From Occultella glacieicola (GTDB taxonomy: Bacteria > Actinomycetota > Actinomycetes > Actinomycetales > Beutenbergiaceae), in contig NZ_SMNA01000008.1 in NCBI RefSeq assembly GCF_004353825.1, positions 1 to 64,000 of the forward strand: a stretch of 64,000 nucleotides of DNA, in the 5' to 3' direction. Both the position numbers and the translations under genes were made by a program. This document shows, piece by piece, positions 51,883 through 62,312 of this stretch. The notes below the pieces were generated by a model. That model was not told the origin of the DNA, did no database searches, and saw only the letters and a program-made list of their open reading frames with translations. Each line of letters starts with the position of its first letter. The first letter of the stretch is position 1.

Positions 51883-54800
51883 TCAACCCCTGTCCTGGCG
51901 CAACCTTAACCCGCGGGGTGTCGCGATGAAGCCGGCTTCAGCGAGGGCGTCGACGAGCGGGGAGCGATCGGAGAGCGCGGGCGCGCCGTCGGCCCGGTGC
52001 ACCGTGAACCGGCCGAGCGCCCCGGTCCTGGCGACCCGCGCCAACTCCTGGGCGGCCGGGCCGAGGGTCGCCGGGTCCCGGGTGAAGGACAGGAGCGTCT
52101 TCGCGCCGCGCTCGAGATAGAGCACCAACTCACCACCGACGACGACGACGCTCGCGCCGACCTTCCGGCCCGGGCGGTGGCCACTGGTCTGCTCCACCAT
52201 GCCCATCGGCTCCGGCCAGCCGAGCGCAGCGCCGTACGGGTTGGCCGGGTCGGTGGCCGCCAACAGCAGCGCGCCGACGCCGGCGCGGGCGTCCGAGCGC
52301 AGCCGGTCCACGCTCTCGGGCAGCGCGAACTGGGCGGCGCCCAGGCCCTCGACGAAGTAGCCGCGGCGCACCTGCCCGGTCACCTCGAGTCCGGCCAGGA
52401 CCCGGTACACGGTCGAGAAGCCACCGGCGAACCGGTCGCCGACGGTGCCCCGGGTGACCAACCCGTCCCGCTCGAGCAGGGCTACCGCGGCGGCCGTCGC
52501 CCGGCGGGCCTCGTCCGAGCGGGGCGGCAGGCAGGACCATCGGCCGACGGCGTCGTCGGGCGTGGCGGGCCCCAGCGGGTGTGCGCCGGGCCGGCGCAGG
52601 GCGACCGACCGCAGCGATCGTCCCCGGGGGCGGGCCCGGTGGGTGCTGCGCGTGCCGGCCCGAGGCTTCGCACCGAGGCGGGCCCTCAGCGGGGTCAGGG
52701 TGTCGTTCGTGGCCGCGCCGTCCCAGGCGGCCTCCCAGAGCGCGGTCAGGATCTCGGCGGCCTCCGGCGGGTCCGACTCGGTCCAGCCGAGGCGGACCTC
52801 GGCGACGATGTCGCGGAAGAACCGGCCACCGCCGGCGGCGAGCACGTCGCGCACCGCCCGGCCCACCGCCGTGGGGTGTTCGGTGCTGGCCGGCGGCGCC
52901 AGGTCGGCGACGGCGTCCGCGGTGAGCAGCGCGACCATGCCGTCCGTTCCGGGTCCGCCCCCGGCGCCCACCCAGACCACCTCGCCGGCCGTGGTGAGCT
53001 CGTCGAGGAGTTCCGGGGCATAGTCGACCACCCGGGTGGGCAGGATCAGCGTCTCCAGCGCGGAGGCCGCAACCGGCGTACCGGCGAGCTGGTCGATCGC
53101 GGTCAGCAGGCCGTCGACCCCGCGGAGCTGGCGGACCTGGTGCCATCGCGGCAGGAACACCCCCAATGCCTCGGCCGGGACCGCCTCCACCTCCGCGCGC
53201 AGCACGGCCAGCGAGCGGCGACGGATCCGGCGCAGCACGTCGGCGTCGCAGTAGTCGGGGCCGGGCAGCGCGAGCGTCTGCGCGGTGTGCGCCTCGGCCG
53301 GCCGCAGGGTTCCCGAGTCGAGCAGGCCCCGCTCGGTCAGGTCCCGCAGCACGGGTGCGAGGGCGGCCGTGCCGAGCCCGAGCCGGGCCGCGACCTGCCC
53401 GGCGCGGAACGGGCCGTGGGTGCGGGCATGCCGGCGGACCAGGTCTGTCAGCGCCGTCGGGACCGGGGTGGTCATGGCCTCCGGCAGGCCCACCGGGAGG
53501 GCGACGCCGAGCGCGTCCCGGAGTCGTCCCGCGTCCTCGACCACGCACCACTGCGCCTGCCCGGCCACCCGGACACTGAGGATCCTGCGAGAGGCGGCGA
53601 GCTCGGTGAGCCACCCATCGAGCAGCTCGGGAGTCCGTACGCGTTCGGTCAGCTCGGCGTCGGTGATCGGCCCGAGCCGGCGGATGTGGTCCAGCACGGC
53701 CTCGGCGTCGCCGGCCAGGGAGGTCTCGGTGCGCAGCCCGACCTCGGCCTCCACCGACGCCAGGGCCCCGGGATCGAGGAGTTCGGCGACGTCGGCGCCC
53801 TCGCCGAGCAGCTCCGCGAGCAGGGTTGGGTCGAGGGTGAGCGCAGCCGCGCGGCGCTCGGCCAACGGTGCGTCTCCCTCGTACAGGAACTGCGCCACGT
53901 AACCGAACAGCAGGGACTGAGCGAACGGGGAGGGCTGCTGGGTGTGGACCTCGACCACCCGGACCCGGCGGCCCTGGATCTGACTCATGAGCTCGGTCAG
54001 GGCTGGAACGTCGAAGTCGTCCTGGAGGCACTCGCGCACGGCCTCGAGGACCACCGGGAAGTCCGGATAGTCCGCCGCGACCGAGAGCAGCTGGGCGCTG
54101 CGCTGGCGCTGCTGCCACAGGGGCTGGCGCCGGTCCGGGCGCCGGCGCGGCAGTAGCAGGGACCGAGCCGCGGCCTCGCGGAACCGGGCCGCGAAATGCG
54201 CCGAGCCGGCCAGGGCGGCGACGACCTCCCGGGAGGTCGCGTCCGGCTCGAGGAGCAGGTCCTCCAGGGGCAGTTCCCCGGCACCGCCGGCGCGCGCCGA
54301 CTCGGTCGAACGCACGGCGGACTCCTGACCGGCACCGTCGGCACCACCTCCAAGGCCGGTCAGATCCCAGTCGTCGGCGTCCCACACGTCCGCGGTGTCC
54401 GGCAGCCGCAGCACGATCCCGTCGTCGGAGTGCATCGCGGCCACGTCCATGCCGAAGCGGCGGCGCAGGTTCGCTCCGAGCACCAACGCCCAGGGGGCGT
54501 GCACCTTGGCGCCGTACGGGGAGTGGATCACCACCCGCCAATCCCCGAGCTCATCCCGGAACCGCTCCACCACGATGGTCCGATCGGTGCTCAACCGACC
54601 GGTCGCGGCCTCCTGGTCACGCAGGTAGGCGAGCAGGTTGTCGCGGGCCCAGTCGTCCAGGCCCCACTCGTCGAGCGAGGCCGGCGCGAACCCGGCAGCG
54701 CCGATCTCTCGGATCATCCCGCCGATGGCCCGGCCCAGCTCGGCGGGACGGCCCGGCGCGTCGCCCTTCCAGAACGGCAACCGGCCCGGCAGTCCCGGGG

Positions 54801-56751
54801 CCGGGGAGACGAGCACCCGGTCCGGGGTGATGTCCTCGATCCGCCAGGTGCTCGAGCCGAGGGTGAACGTGTCGCCCACCCGGGACTCGTAGACCATCTC
54901 CTCGTCGAGCTCGCCGACCCGTTTGCCGCCCCGCGCGCTGGTCTCCTGACCCACCACGTAGACGCCGTACAGGCCGCGGTCGGGGATGGTGCCGCCGCTG
55001 GTCGCGGCCAGCCGCAGTGCGCCCGGGCGGCCGGCCAGGGTGCCGGCGATCCGGTCCCAGACGATCCGCGGTCGCAGCTCGGCGAAGTCCTCGCTGGGGT
55101 AGCGCCCGGCGAGCATGTCCAGCACCGCGGCGAGGACCCCGGGCCCGAGGTCCGCGAACGGCGCGGCCCGGCGCACCAGCGTGGTCAGCTCATCGACGTC
55201 CCAGACGTCGAGGGCCGTCATCGCCACGATCTGCTGGGCGAGCACGTCCAGCGGGTTCGCCGGCACCGTGACCGCTTCGATCTGGCCCTCGCGTGCCCGC
55301 ACCGACGTGGTCGCGGCAGCGAGCAGGTCACCCCGGTGTGTGGGCAGCACCACCCCGTGCGACAGCGCCCCCACCTGGTGCCCGGCCCGGCCGATCCGCT
55401 GCAACGCACTCGCCACCGACGGCGGCGCACCCACCTGCACCACCAGGTCCACGGCGCCCATGTCGATGCCGAGTTCGAGCGAGCTCGTGGCGACCACGGC
55501 GGGCAGTGCACCGGACTTGAGCGCGGTCTCGATCGAGGTCCGCTCGTCCCGGCTCATCGACCCGTGGTGGGCGCGAGCGATGATGGCGTCCGCCGGAAGC
55601 GCGAGCCCGGTTCCTGATTGGGCCGGCGTCTGTGCCGCCTGGGCGGCGCCGGCGTCGAGGTCCGGCCCGAGCCCGAGACGCTCCGCCTGGACCTCGTTGA
55701 TCCGGGCCGTCAACCGCTCGGCACCGCGGCGGGAGTTCGTGAACACGATCGTGGAGGCATGCGAGGTGATCAGGTCCACGACCCGCTCGGTCACGTGCGG
55801 CCAGATCGACCCGCCGGCCGGCGGCCGGGATCGCGGCGAGGCGCCCGCGGCGTCCCCGGACAGGTCGAGGAGTGTCCCGCCGTCGCCGGCTGCGTCGCCC
55901 GAGGCGACCCCGAGCGGATCGAACGACGCGCCACCCTCGCCGCCCGGCCCACGGGCCGCCGTCGGGGTGCCGGCGACGTCCGCCAGGTCCGGGACCGGCA
56001 CCACGACGTCGATCCGCAGCTCCTTGCCCACGCTCGGCTGCACGATCCGGGTGGTGCGGCCACCGTCGGCCAGGGAGCGGGCGCCGGCCAGATAGCCGGC
56101 CACGGTGTCCACCGGCTGCACTGTCGCGGACAGCCCGATCCGCTGCGCCGGCGCGTCCAGCAGGGCGTCCAGCCGCTCCAGCGAGAGGGCCAGGTGGGCG
56201 CCGCGCTTGTTCCCGGCGAGCGCGTGCACCTCGTCGAGGATCACGTACTCGACGCCGCGCAGTCCCTCGCGCGCGGCCGAGGTGAGCACCAGGAACAGCG
56301 ACTCCGGCGTGGTGATCAGGATGTCCGGCGGTCTGGTGCCGAAGGCGCGGCGCTCGGCCGGCGGGGTGTCGCCGGTCCGGACACCGACCTGCACGTCGTT
56401 GACCGGCTCGCCCAGACCGGTGGCCAGGCGGGTGATCCCGACCAGTGGCGAGCGCAGGTTCCGCTCGACGTCCGCCGCGAGCGCCTTCAGTGGCGACACG
56501 TACAGCACCCGGCACCGGCGCGCGCGGTCGGCCGGCGCCGGAGCGAGCAGGAGATGGTCCAGGGCCCACAGAAACGCCGCGAGAGTCTTCCCCGAGCCCG
56601 TCGGCGCGACCACGAGCGCGTGGTGCCCGGAGGAGATCGCGTCCCAGGCCCCGGCCTGGGCCGACGTCGGGGCGTCGAACGCGCCGGAGAACCAGGCCCG
56701 GGTCGGCGCGCTGAAGCCCGCCAGCATGCTCTCGCTCGCCTCGGTGGTCAC
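51883..56751 (-). CDS. lhr: Long Lhr-type ATP-dependent helicase
   Basis: APTGSGKT, DEVH, SAT, LELGID and QRIGRAGH motifs; C-terminal AATDPANPYG domain. Start is GTG 56751 (alternative ATG 56760). Confidence 0.95.
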   Translation of the reverse strand: MTTEASESMLAGFSAPTRAWFSGAFDAPTSAQAGAWDAISSGHHALVVAPTGSGKTLAAFLWALDHLLLAPAPADRARRCRVLYVSPLKALAADVERNLRSPLVGITRLATGLGEPVNDVQVGVRTGDTPPAERRAFGTRPPDILITTPESLFLVLTSAAREGLRGVEYVILDEVHALAGNKRGAHLALSLERLDALLDAPAQRIGLSATVQPVDTVAGYLAGARSLADGGRTTRIVQPSVGKELRIDVVVPVPDLADVAGTPTAARGPGGEGGASFDPLGVASGDAAGDGGTLLDLSGDAAGASPRSRPPAGGSIWPHVTERVVDLITSHASTIVFTNSRRGAERLTARINEVQAERLGLGPDLDAGAAQAAQTPAQSGTGLALPADAIIARAHHGSMSRDERTSIETALKSGALPAVVATSSLELGIDMGAVDLVVQVGAPPSVASALQRIGRAGHQVGALSHGVVLPTHRGDLLAAATTSVRAREGQIEAVTVPANPLDVLAQQIVAMTALDVWDVDELTTLVRRAAPFADLGPGVLAAVLDMLAGRYPSEDFAELRPRIVWDRIAGTLAGRPGALRLAATSGGTIPDRGLYGVYVVGQETSARGGKRVGELDEEMVYESRVGDTFTLGSSTWRIEDITPDRVLVSPAPGLPGRLPFWKGDAPGRPAELGRAIGGMIREIGAAGFAPASLDEWGLDDWARDNLLAYLRDQEAATGRLSTDRTIVVERFRDELGDWRVVIHSPYGAKVHAPWALVLGANLRRRFGMDVAAMHSDDGIVLRLPDTADVWDADDWDLTGLGGGADGAGQESAVRSTESARAGGAGELPLEDLLLEPDATSREVVAALAGSAHFAARFREAAARSLLLPRRRPDRRQPLWQQRQRSAQLLSVAADYPDFPVVLEAVRECLQDDFDVPALTELMSQIQGRRVRVVEVHTQQPSPFAQSLLFGYVAQFLYEGDAPLAERRAAALTLDPTLLAELLGEGADVAELLDPGALASVEAEVGLRTETSLAGDAEAVLDHIRRLGPITDAELTERVRTPELLDGWLTELAASRRILSVRVAGQAQWCVVEDAGRLRDALGVALPVGLPEAMTTPVPTALTDLVRRHARTHGPFRAGQVAARLGLGTAALAPVLRDLTERGLLDSGTLRPAEAHTAQTLALPGPDYCDADVLRRIRRRSLAVLRAEVEAVPAEALGVFLPRWHQVRQLRGVDGLLTAIDQLAGTPVAASALETLILPTRVVDYAPELLDELTTAGEVVWVGAGGGPGTDGMVALLTADAVADLAPPASTEHPTAVGRAVRDVLAAGGGRFFRDIVAEVRLGWTESDPPEAAEILTALWEAAWDGAATNDTLTPLRARLGAKPRAGTRSTHRARPRGRSLRSVALRRPGAHPLGPATPDDAVGRWSCLPPRSDEARRATAAAVALLERDGLVTRGTVGDRFAGGFSTVYRVLAGLEVTGQVRRGYFVEGLGAAQFALPESVDRLRSDARAGVGALLLAATDPANPYGAALGWPEPMGMVEQTSGHRPGRKVGASVVVVGGELVLYLERGAKTLLSFTRDPATLGPAAQELARVARTGALGRFTVHRADGAPALSDRSPLVDALAEAGFIATPRGLRLRQDRG

Positions 56752-56758
56752 CTGGGCC

Positions 56759-56853
56759 ATTCTGCCTGGGGCCGCTGACATCAGCCTCTGTCGGCCCCTG
56801 TCGGTGGCCCCGTGCACCCTGTGTCGGCACCTGTCGGCACCGTGACCTACGCT
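56759..56853. promoter_or_regulatory. Divergent cluster of PafBC-type promoters between lhr and DUF3046
   Basis: Minus: TGTCAG-N10-CAGAAT (56780-56759). Plus: TGTCGG-N10-CACCCT (56799-56820) and TGTCGG-N10-TACGCT (56832-56853). Confidence 0.75.
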
Positions 56854-56860
56854 GGCCCGC

Positions 56861-57091
56861 GTGAAGCATTCCGAGTTCTGGGCCGCCATGGAGGATACGT
56901 TCGGCCGCTACGCCGGCTCCCTGGCGCAGGACCTCGTCCTCGCGCCGCTGAACGGGCGCACCGCGAACGAGGCGCTCGCGGACGGGGAGAACCCGGACCG
57001 GGTCTGGGCGGCGATCTGCGTCGTCAACGAACTCCCGGAGTCCGTGCGCTGGCACCACCGCACCGCAGACCACAAGACGAAGCGCCGGTAG
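56861..57091 (+). CDS. DUF3046-domain protein
   Basis: SEFW...FG.YAGSLAQDLVL..LNGRTANEAL..G....VWAAIC pattern. Confidence 0.88.
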   Translation: MKHSEFWAAMEDTFGRYAGSLAQDLVLAPLNGRTANEALADGENPDRVWAAICVVNELPESVRWHHRTADHKTKRR

Positions 57092-57093
57092 TA

Positions 57094-57107
57094 GGTTGCT
57101 AGCAACC
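57094..57107. promoter_or_regulatory. 14-bp perfect palindrome upstream of the ABC operon
   Basis: ggttgctagcaacc. Confidence 0.55.
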
Positions 57108-57132
57108 CAGCATCCGTGATGACATAGCCACC

Positions 57133-58049
<917 letters not shown>

Positions 58050-58053
<4 letters not shown>

Positions 58054-58955
58054 GCCGGGCACACGAGCAGGGCCCGACGGCGCCGCCCGGCTCCGCGGGT
58101 GAGGTCGCCTCGGTGGGTGGATCCGCCGTCGACGACGCCGGACGGGCGGAGACCCCGACGGGCCGGGTCGGCGGTGGCTGGCGCGCCGTGCTCGGCTACT
58201 GGCTGGCCGTGTACAAGCGGATCTGGCGCTCCACGGTGATCTCCTCGTTCCTGGCCCCGCTGCTCTACCTGGCCGGGATGGGCTACGGGCTCGGCGCGCT
58301 GATCGACTCCGGGGACCGCACCGCGGTGCCCGGAGTCCCCTATGTGGCGTTCGTCGCGACCGGGCTGGTGGCGGCCCAGGCGATGATGACGGCGTCCGCG
58401 GAGACCACCTACAACGTGTTCGGTGCGATCAAGTGGCTGCGCACCTACGACGCGATGCTGGTGACGCCGCTCCGGGTGGTGGACCTGGTCCGGGGCCACC
58501 TGGTCTACGTGCTGATGCGCCTGACCCTGGTGGCCGGGGTGTTCGTCCTGGTCTCGCTCGTGCTGCGGGCCATGGACGGCCCGCTCGCGCTGGCCGCCGT
58601 GCCGGTCGCCGTGCTCGGCGGGCTGTCGTTCGCCACTCCGATCTATGCGTTCTCCGCGACGATCCAGCGCGAGGAGGGCTTCAACGTGCTGCAGCGGTTC
58701 GTCATCATGCCCCTGTTCCTGTTCTCCGGGACGTTCTTCCCGCTCGCGCAGCTGCCGATGGGCCTGCAGGTGATCGGCTGGATCTCGCCGCTGACGCACA
58801 CGGTCGCGCTCACCCGGGCCCTCGGCCTGGGGCCGGACTCGCCGCTCTGGCTGGAGCCGTGGCGGTTCGCCGCGCACGTCGCCTACCTCGCGCTCTGGGC
58901 CGGCGCCGGCTACCTGCTCGCGGTGCGGGCCCTGCGCCGACGGATGGTCCTCTGA
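58050..58955 (+). CDS. ABC-2 permease (NodJ-like)
   Basis: Six TM segments; PLFLFSGTFFP; overlaps the ATPase stop. Confidence 0.9.
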
Positions 58956-59770
58956 TGGCTACGGGCACCACTGCGGCTCCGGCCCGCCACGCGCTGCCGT
59001 TCCCGGTCGCGATGGCCCGCCCGGCCGCCCTCGTGGAGCGGAACCTGAGGGCCGCCCGGCACTACTGGCTGACATTCGTCTCCGGCTTCTTCGAGCCGGT
59101 GTTCTACCTGTTCGCGATGGGCGTGGGAATCGGGGCTCTGGTCGGTTCGGTCGACGTCGACGGGCGCGAGATCCCGTACGCGGTGTTCGTGGCCCCGGCG
59201 ATGATGGCGACGTCGGCCATGAACGGCGCCGTGTACGACTCGACCGGGAACGTCTTCTACAAGCTCAAGCACTCCAAGCTGTACCGGTCCGTGCTGTCCA
59301 CGCCGCTGCGGCCCTGGGACATCGCCGCCGGCGAGATCTCCTGGGCGCTGCTGCGCGGGCTGATCTACTCGGCGGCGTTCCTGCTGGTGGCGGCCGTGGC
59401 CGGGTTCGTCCCCTCGTGGTGGGCGCTGCTGGCGATCCCCGCGTGCACGCTGATCGGGCTCGGCTTCGCAGCCGTCGGGATGGCCGCGACCACCTACATG
59501 CGGTCCTGGAACGACATGGACTACGTGCAACTCGCGATCCTGCCGATGTTCCTGTTCTCGGCGACGTTCTACCCGCTCGCGACCTACCCGCCGGCGCTGC
59601 AGTGGGTGGTGCAGGCCACGCCGCTCTATCACGGCGTCGATCTCGTTCGTGGCCTGATGATGGGGGACCTGCACGTGGGCCTGTTGGTCCATGTCGGCTA
59701 CCTCGCGGTGTTCTCCGCGCTCGGTCTCTGGGCCACGACCCGCCGGATCGGGACCCTGTTGCTGACCTGA
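58955..59770 (+). CDS. ABC-2 permease (NodJ-like)
   Basis: SGFFEPVFYL and PMFLFSATFYP motifs. Confidence 0.9.
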   Translation: MATGTTAAPARHALPFPVAMARPAALVERNLRAARHYWLTFVSGFFEPVFYLFAMGVGIGALVGSVDVDGREIPYAVFVAPAMMATSAMNGAVYDSTGNVFYKLKHSKLYRSVLSTPLRPWDIAAGEISWALLRGLIYSAAFLLVAAVAGFVPSWWALLAIPACTLIGLGFAAVGMAATTYMRSWNDMDYVQLAILPMFLFSATFYPLATYPPALQWVVQATPLYHGVDLVRGLMMGDLHVGLLVHVGYLAVFSALGLWATTRRIGTLLLT

Positions 59771-59799
59771 GCCGTCATGGTGATCCCTCGGTTCGGGAC

Positions 59800-60153
59800 G
59801 GCGGACGAGATACATGCTCGGCTGTCCACAGATGAGTGACGGCGGGGGCCTCCCGGCATGATCATCGACACGTCGGCAGTCGTCGCCATCCTGCTGCGGA
59901 TCCCGTCCTCTCTCGTCGCCTCGACGAACTGCTGGCAGAGCTCCAGGTCGACGTGGCGCCGGTCGATGCGGACCAGTCCAGGATCGCCCGGCAGGCGTAC
60001 CGCGACTTCGGCAAGGGGTCGGGGCATCCGGCCCAGCTGAACTTCGGTGACTGCTCCTCCTACGCGCTCGCGTCGGCCGTCGACGAAGCGCTGCCGTTCA
60101 AGGGCCACGACTTCACCCACACAGACATCCGATCCGCGCTGGACGCGGGCTGA
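59800..60153 (+). pseudogene. vapC: Decayed vapBC toxin-antitoxin (vapB 3' remnant plus deleted/frameshifted vapC)
   Basis: [13 protein letters not shown] at 59858 shifts frame near 59899 into ...[20 protein letters not shown]...FKGHDF. Upstream DGGGLPA* ends in an ATGA overlap. Confidence 0.85.
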
Positions 60154-60162
60154 CCCGAACGC

Positions 60163-61008
60163 TCAGCCTCGGCCGTCCCGCCACGAGTGCACCGGGGCGT
60201 ACCCGAGCACGCGGCGGGCCTTGTCGATCGAGAGCATGGTGTCGTGCTCGCCGAGGTCACGCGTGATCGGGACGTCGGGAAAGACCTCGGCGACGAGTTC
60301 GGCGTTGGGTCGGGTGGTCACCGTGTCCGGAGAGGCGATGATGAACCGGTCGAAGCCGGTCACGTCGAGTTCGAGGGCGCGCAGCACCGCCTGCGCACCG
60401 TCGCGGGCGTCGATGTAGGACCACAGGTTCCACTTGCGATCGCGCGGGTCGGCGTCGAACGGGAACGCCTCGTAGTCCTGCGGGTACATCACGTTGGAGA
60501 ACCGCAACGCGATGATCTTCAGCTCCGGGTCCCACCGGGTGAGCTCGATCGCCATCGTCTCCTCGAGGTGCTTCACCAGGGAGTAGGTGGACTCCGGCCG
60601 TGCCGGGTACGCCTCGTCCACCGGGATGTACGGGGGCGGCGTGTCGAACGGGAGCCCGAGCACCGTCTCGCTGGAGGCGTACACGATGTTGCGGATCCCG
60701 AGCCGCCGGGCCGCCTGGAACACGTGGAACGTGGAGAGCAGGTTGTTCTGGAACGTCGCGACATCGCTGGCCAGGCCCGGCGCCGGGATCGCCGCCAGGT
60801 GGACCACGGCGTCCAGTCCGGCGTGGGTGTCGTCGATGCCGGCGAGCGCGTCGACCACCTGCCCATGATCGGTGAGGTCCACGCGGGTGAAGCCCGGTGC
60901 GCGCTCGCCGAACCGGTCCAGGGCGACGACGGCGTGCCCCGCCTCGCGCAGGTACGTCACCACGACCCGACCCAGCTTGCCGGACGCACCGGTCACCGCG
61001 ATCTGCAT
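60163..61008 (-). CDS. NAD-dependent epimerase/dehydratase
   Basis: TGASGKLG, HLAA and YSLVK motifs; TACGCT -10 shortly before ATG. Confidence 0.92.
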   Translation of the reverse strand: MQIAVTGASGKLGRVVVTYLREAGHAVVALDRFGERAPGFTRVDLTDHGQVVDALAGIDDTHAGLDAVVHLAAIPAPGLASDVATFQNNLLSTFHVFQAARRLGIRNIVYASSETVLGLPFDTPPPYIPVDEAYPARPESTYSLVKHLEETMAIELTRWDPELKIIALRFSNVMYPQDYEAFPFDADPRDRKWNLWSYIDARDGAQAVLRALELDVTGFDRFIIASPDTVTTRPNAELVAEVFPDVPITRDLGEHDTMLSIDKARRVLGYAPVHSWRDGRG

Positions 61009-61037
61009 GGGCCGAGCGTACGCCCGACCGGCGCCGG

Positions 61038-61562
61038 TCAGCCCCCAGCGACCACCCTCGCCGCCGGGATGGTCAGGGCGTGCCGGGCCAGCACGGTCAG
61101 CCACACCATGACGAACGGGATGACGCTCACGTTCTTGATCGCCAGTTCCCAGGACAGGAACGTCGCCCGGGCGGAGGTCTCCAAGCCGGCCGCGACCGCG
61201 TCCGGGATCACCTTCGCCACGATCGTCAGCGCCACCAGCAGGGCGGCGCTGGCCAGCAGCACCCCCGTGCGGCCCTCGAGGAACCGGCTCAGCCGATCGC
61301 CGACCTCGGACCAGGGCGCGTCGGAGTCCGCGAAGACGCGTCGCACCACCCAGACCAGGAACAGCACCCGCACCGCCACCGTCACCACCTCGCCGCCGAC
61401 CCCGCCGGCCCAGGCGAACCGCTCGTCGCCGCCGACGGCGAGGAACCGCTGCGCCGACGCGACCGCCCCGAACGCGAACACCACCGGGTAGTGCCGCACG
61501 AAGAACACCCCCGCCACCCCGAACACCCCGACCGCCTCGCCCCATGCCCCGCTCCACCTCAT
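61038..61562 (-). CDS. Hypothetical membrane protein, probable MarR target
   Basis: About four hydrophobic segments; divergent from MarR. Confidence 0.7.
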   Translation of the reverse strand: MRWSGAWGEAVGVFGVAGVFFVRHYPVVFAFGAVASAQRFLAVGGDERFAWAGGVGGEVVTVAVRVLFLVWVVRRVFADSDAPWSEVGDRLSRFLEGRTGVLLASAALLVALTIVAKVIPDAVAAGLETSARATFLSWELAIKNVSVIPFVMVWLTVLARHALTIPAARVVAGG

Positions 61563-61574
61563 CGGACCAATCCC

Positions 61575-61605
61575 TTCAGTTCACTAAATGATTCAGTAGA
61601 CTAAA
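61575..61605. promoter_or_regulatory. Tandem imperfect palindromes, probable MarR operators
   Basis: ttcagttcactaaa and ttcagtagactaaa; TATCAT -10 at 61609. Confidence 0.65.
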
Positions 61606-61632
61606 AGGTATCATCGGGTGGAGGATGTGACC

Positions 61633-62103
61633 ATGCCCGATGCGGAACCCGACCAGATGCTCGAGCCGGACCGGCTCGGGGCCGACCTGAGCGACGCCGT
61701 CGTGCTCTTCCATGAGGCGATCGGTTCCCTGATGGGGCTGTCCGCCGCCGACCACAAGGCGCTCGGCATCCTGGGCCGGGAGGGTCCGATGTCCGCGGGG
61801 GAGTTGGCCGAGCGGACGTCGCTGACGGCGGGAGCGGTGACCGGACTGGTGGACCGCCTCGAGCGCGCCGGACTCGCGAGTCGCGAGCGAGACCCGGCCG
61901 ACCGGCGCCGCCTCGTGGTCACGGCCGCCCGGGCAGCCGACCCCCAGGTGGCCGAGGCGTTCGCCGGCCTCGGCTCCGCCATGGCCGCGGTGACCGCGCG
62001 ATTCACTCCGGACCAGCTCGAGACGATCGCCGAGTGGGTGCGGCTCACCAGCGCGGCGGTGCGCGGCCAGGCCGCAGCGATCGCGGCCCGTCGCGAGGCG
62101 TAG
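61633..62103 (+). CDS. MarR-family transcriptional regulator
   Basis: SAGELAERTSLTAGAVTGLVDRLERAG...DPADRR. Confidence 0.93.
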   Translation: MPDAEPDQMLEPDRLGADLSDAVVLFHEAIGSLMGLSAADHKALGILGREGPMSAGELAERTSLTAGAVTGLVDRLERAGLASRERDPADRRRLVVTAARAADPQVAEAFAGLGSAMAAVTARFTPDQLETIAEWVRLTSAAVRGQAAAIAARREA

Positions 62104-62118
62104 GCCGCGGCTCGCCGA

Positions 62119-62166
62119 GGGTGCGATCCTGCGGCTGAACCAGCCCATGAGCCGCACGATCGCCCC
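62119..62166. terminator. Hairpin downstream of MarR
   Basis: gcgatc-c-tgcggct / agccgca-c-gatcgc. Confidence 0.45.
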
Positions 62167-62312
62167 TTCGCCGGCGGACGCACCGGACGAGGGTGTCGTC
62201 GTGCGGGCCAGAGCGGTGATGGGCCGCGGAACGGCACGGTCGCGCGCGGTGGTCCGATCGGGGCTGCCCACCGCGCCGGGCCGGACTAGGCTGCCCAGAG
62301 CGGGAGGTCCTC

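Noticed and set aside
51091..56751. Large helicase plus glycosylase as a possible defence system
   Set aside because: This is the known actinobacterial lhr-nei DNA repair pair.
56785..56842. Short repeats as a possible CRISPR or iteron array
   Set aside because: Units are too short, with no spacers and no cas or rep gene; better explained as promoter motifs.
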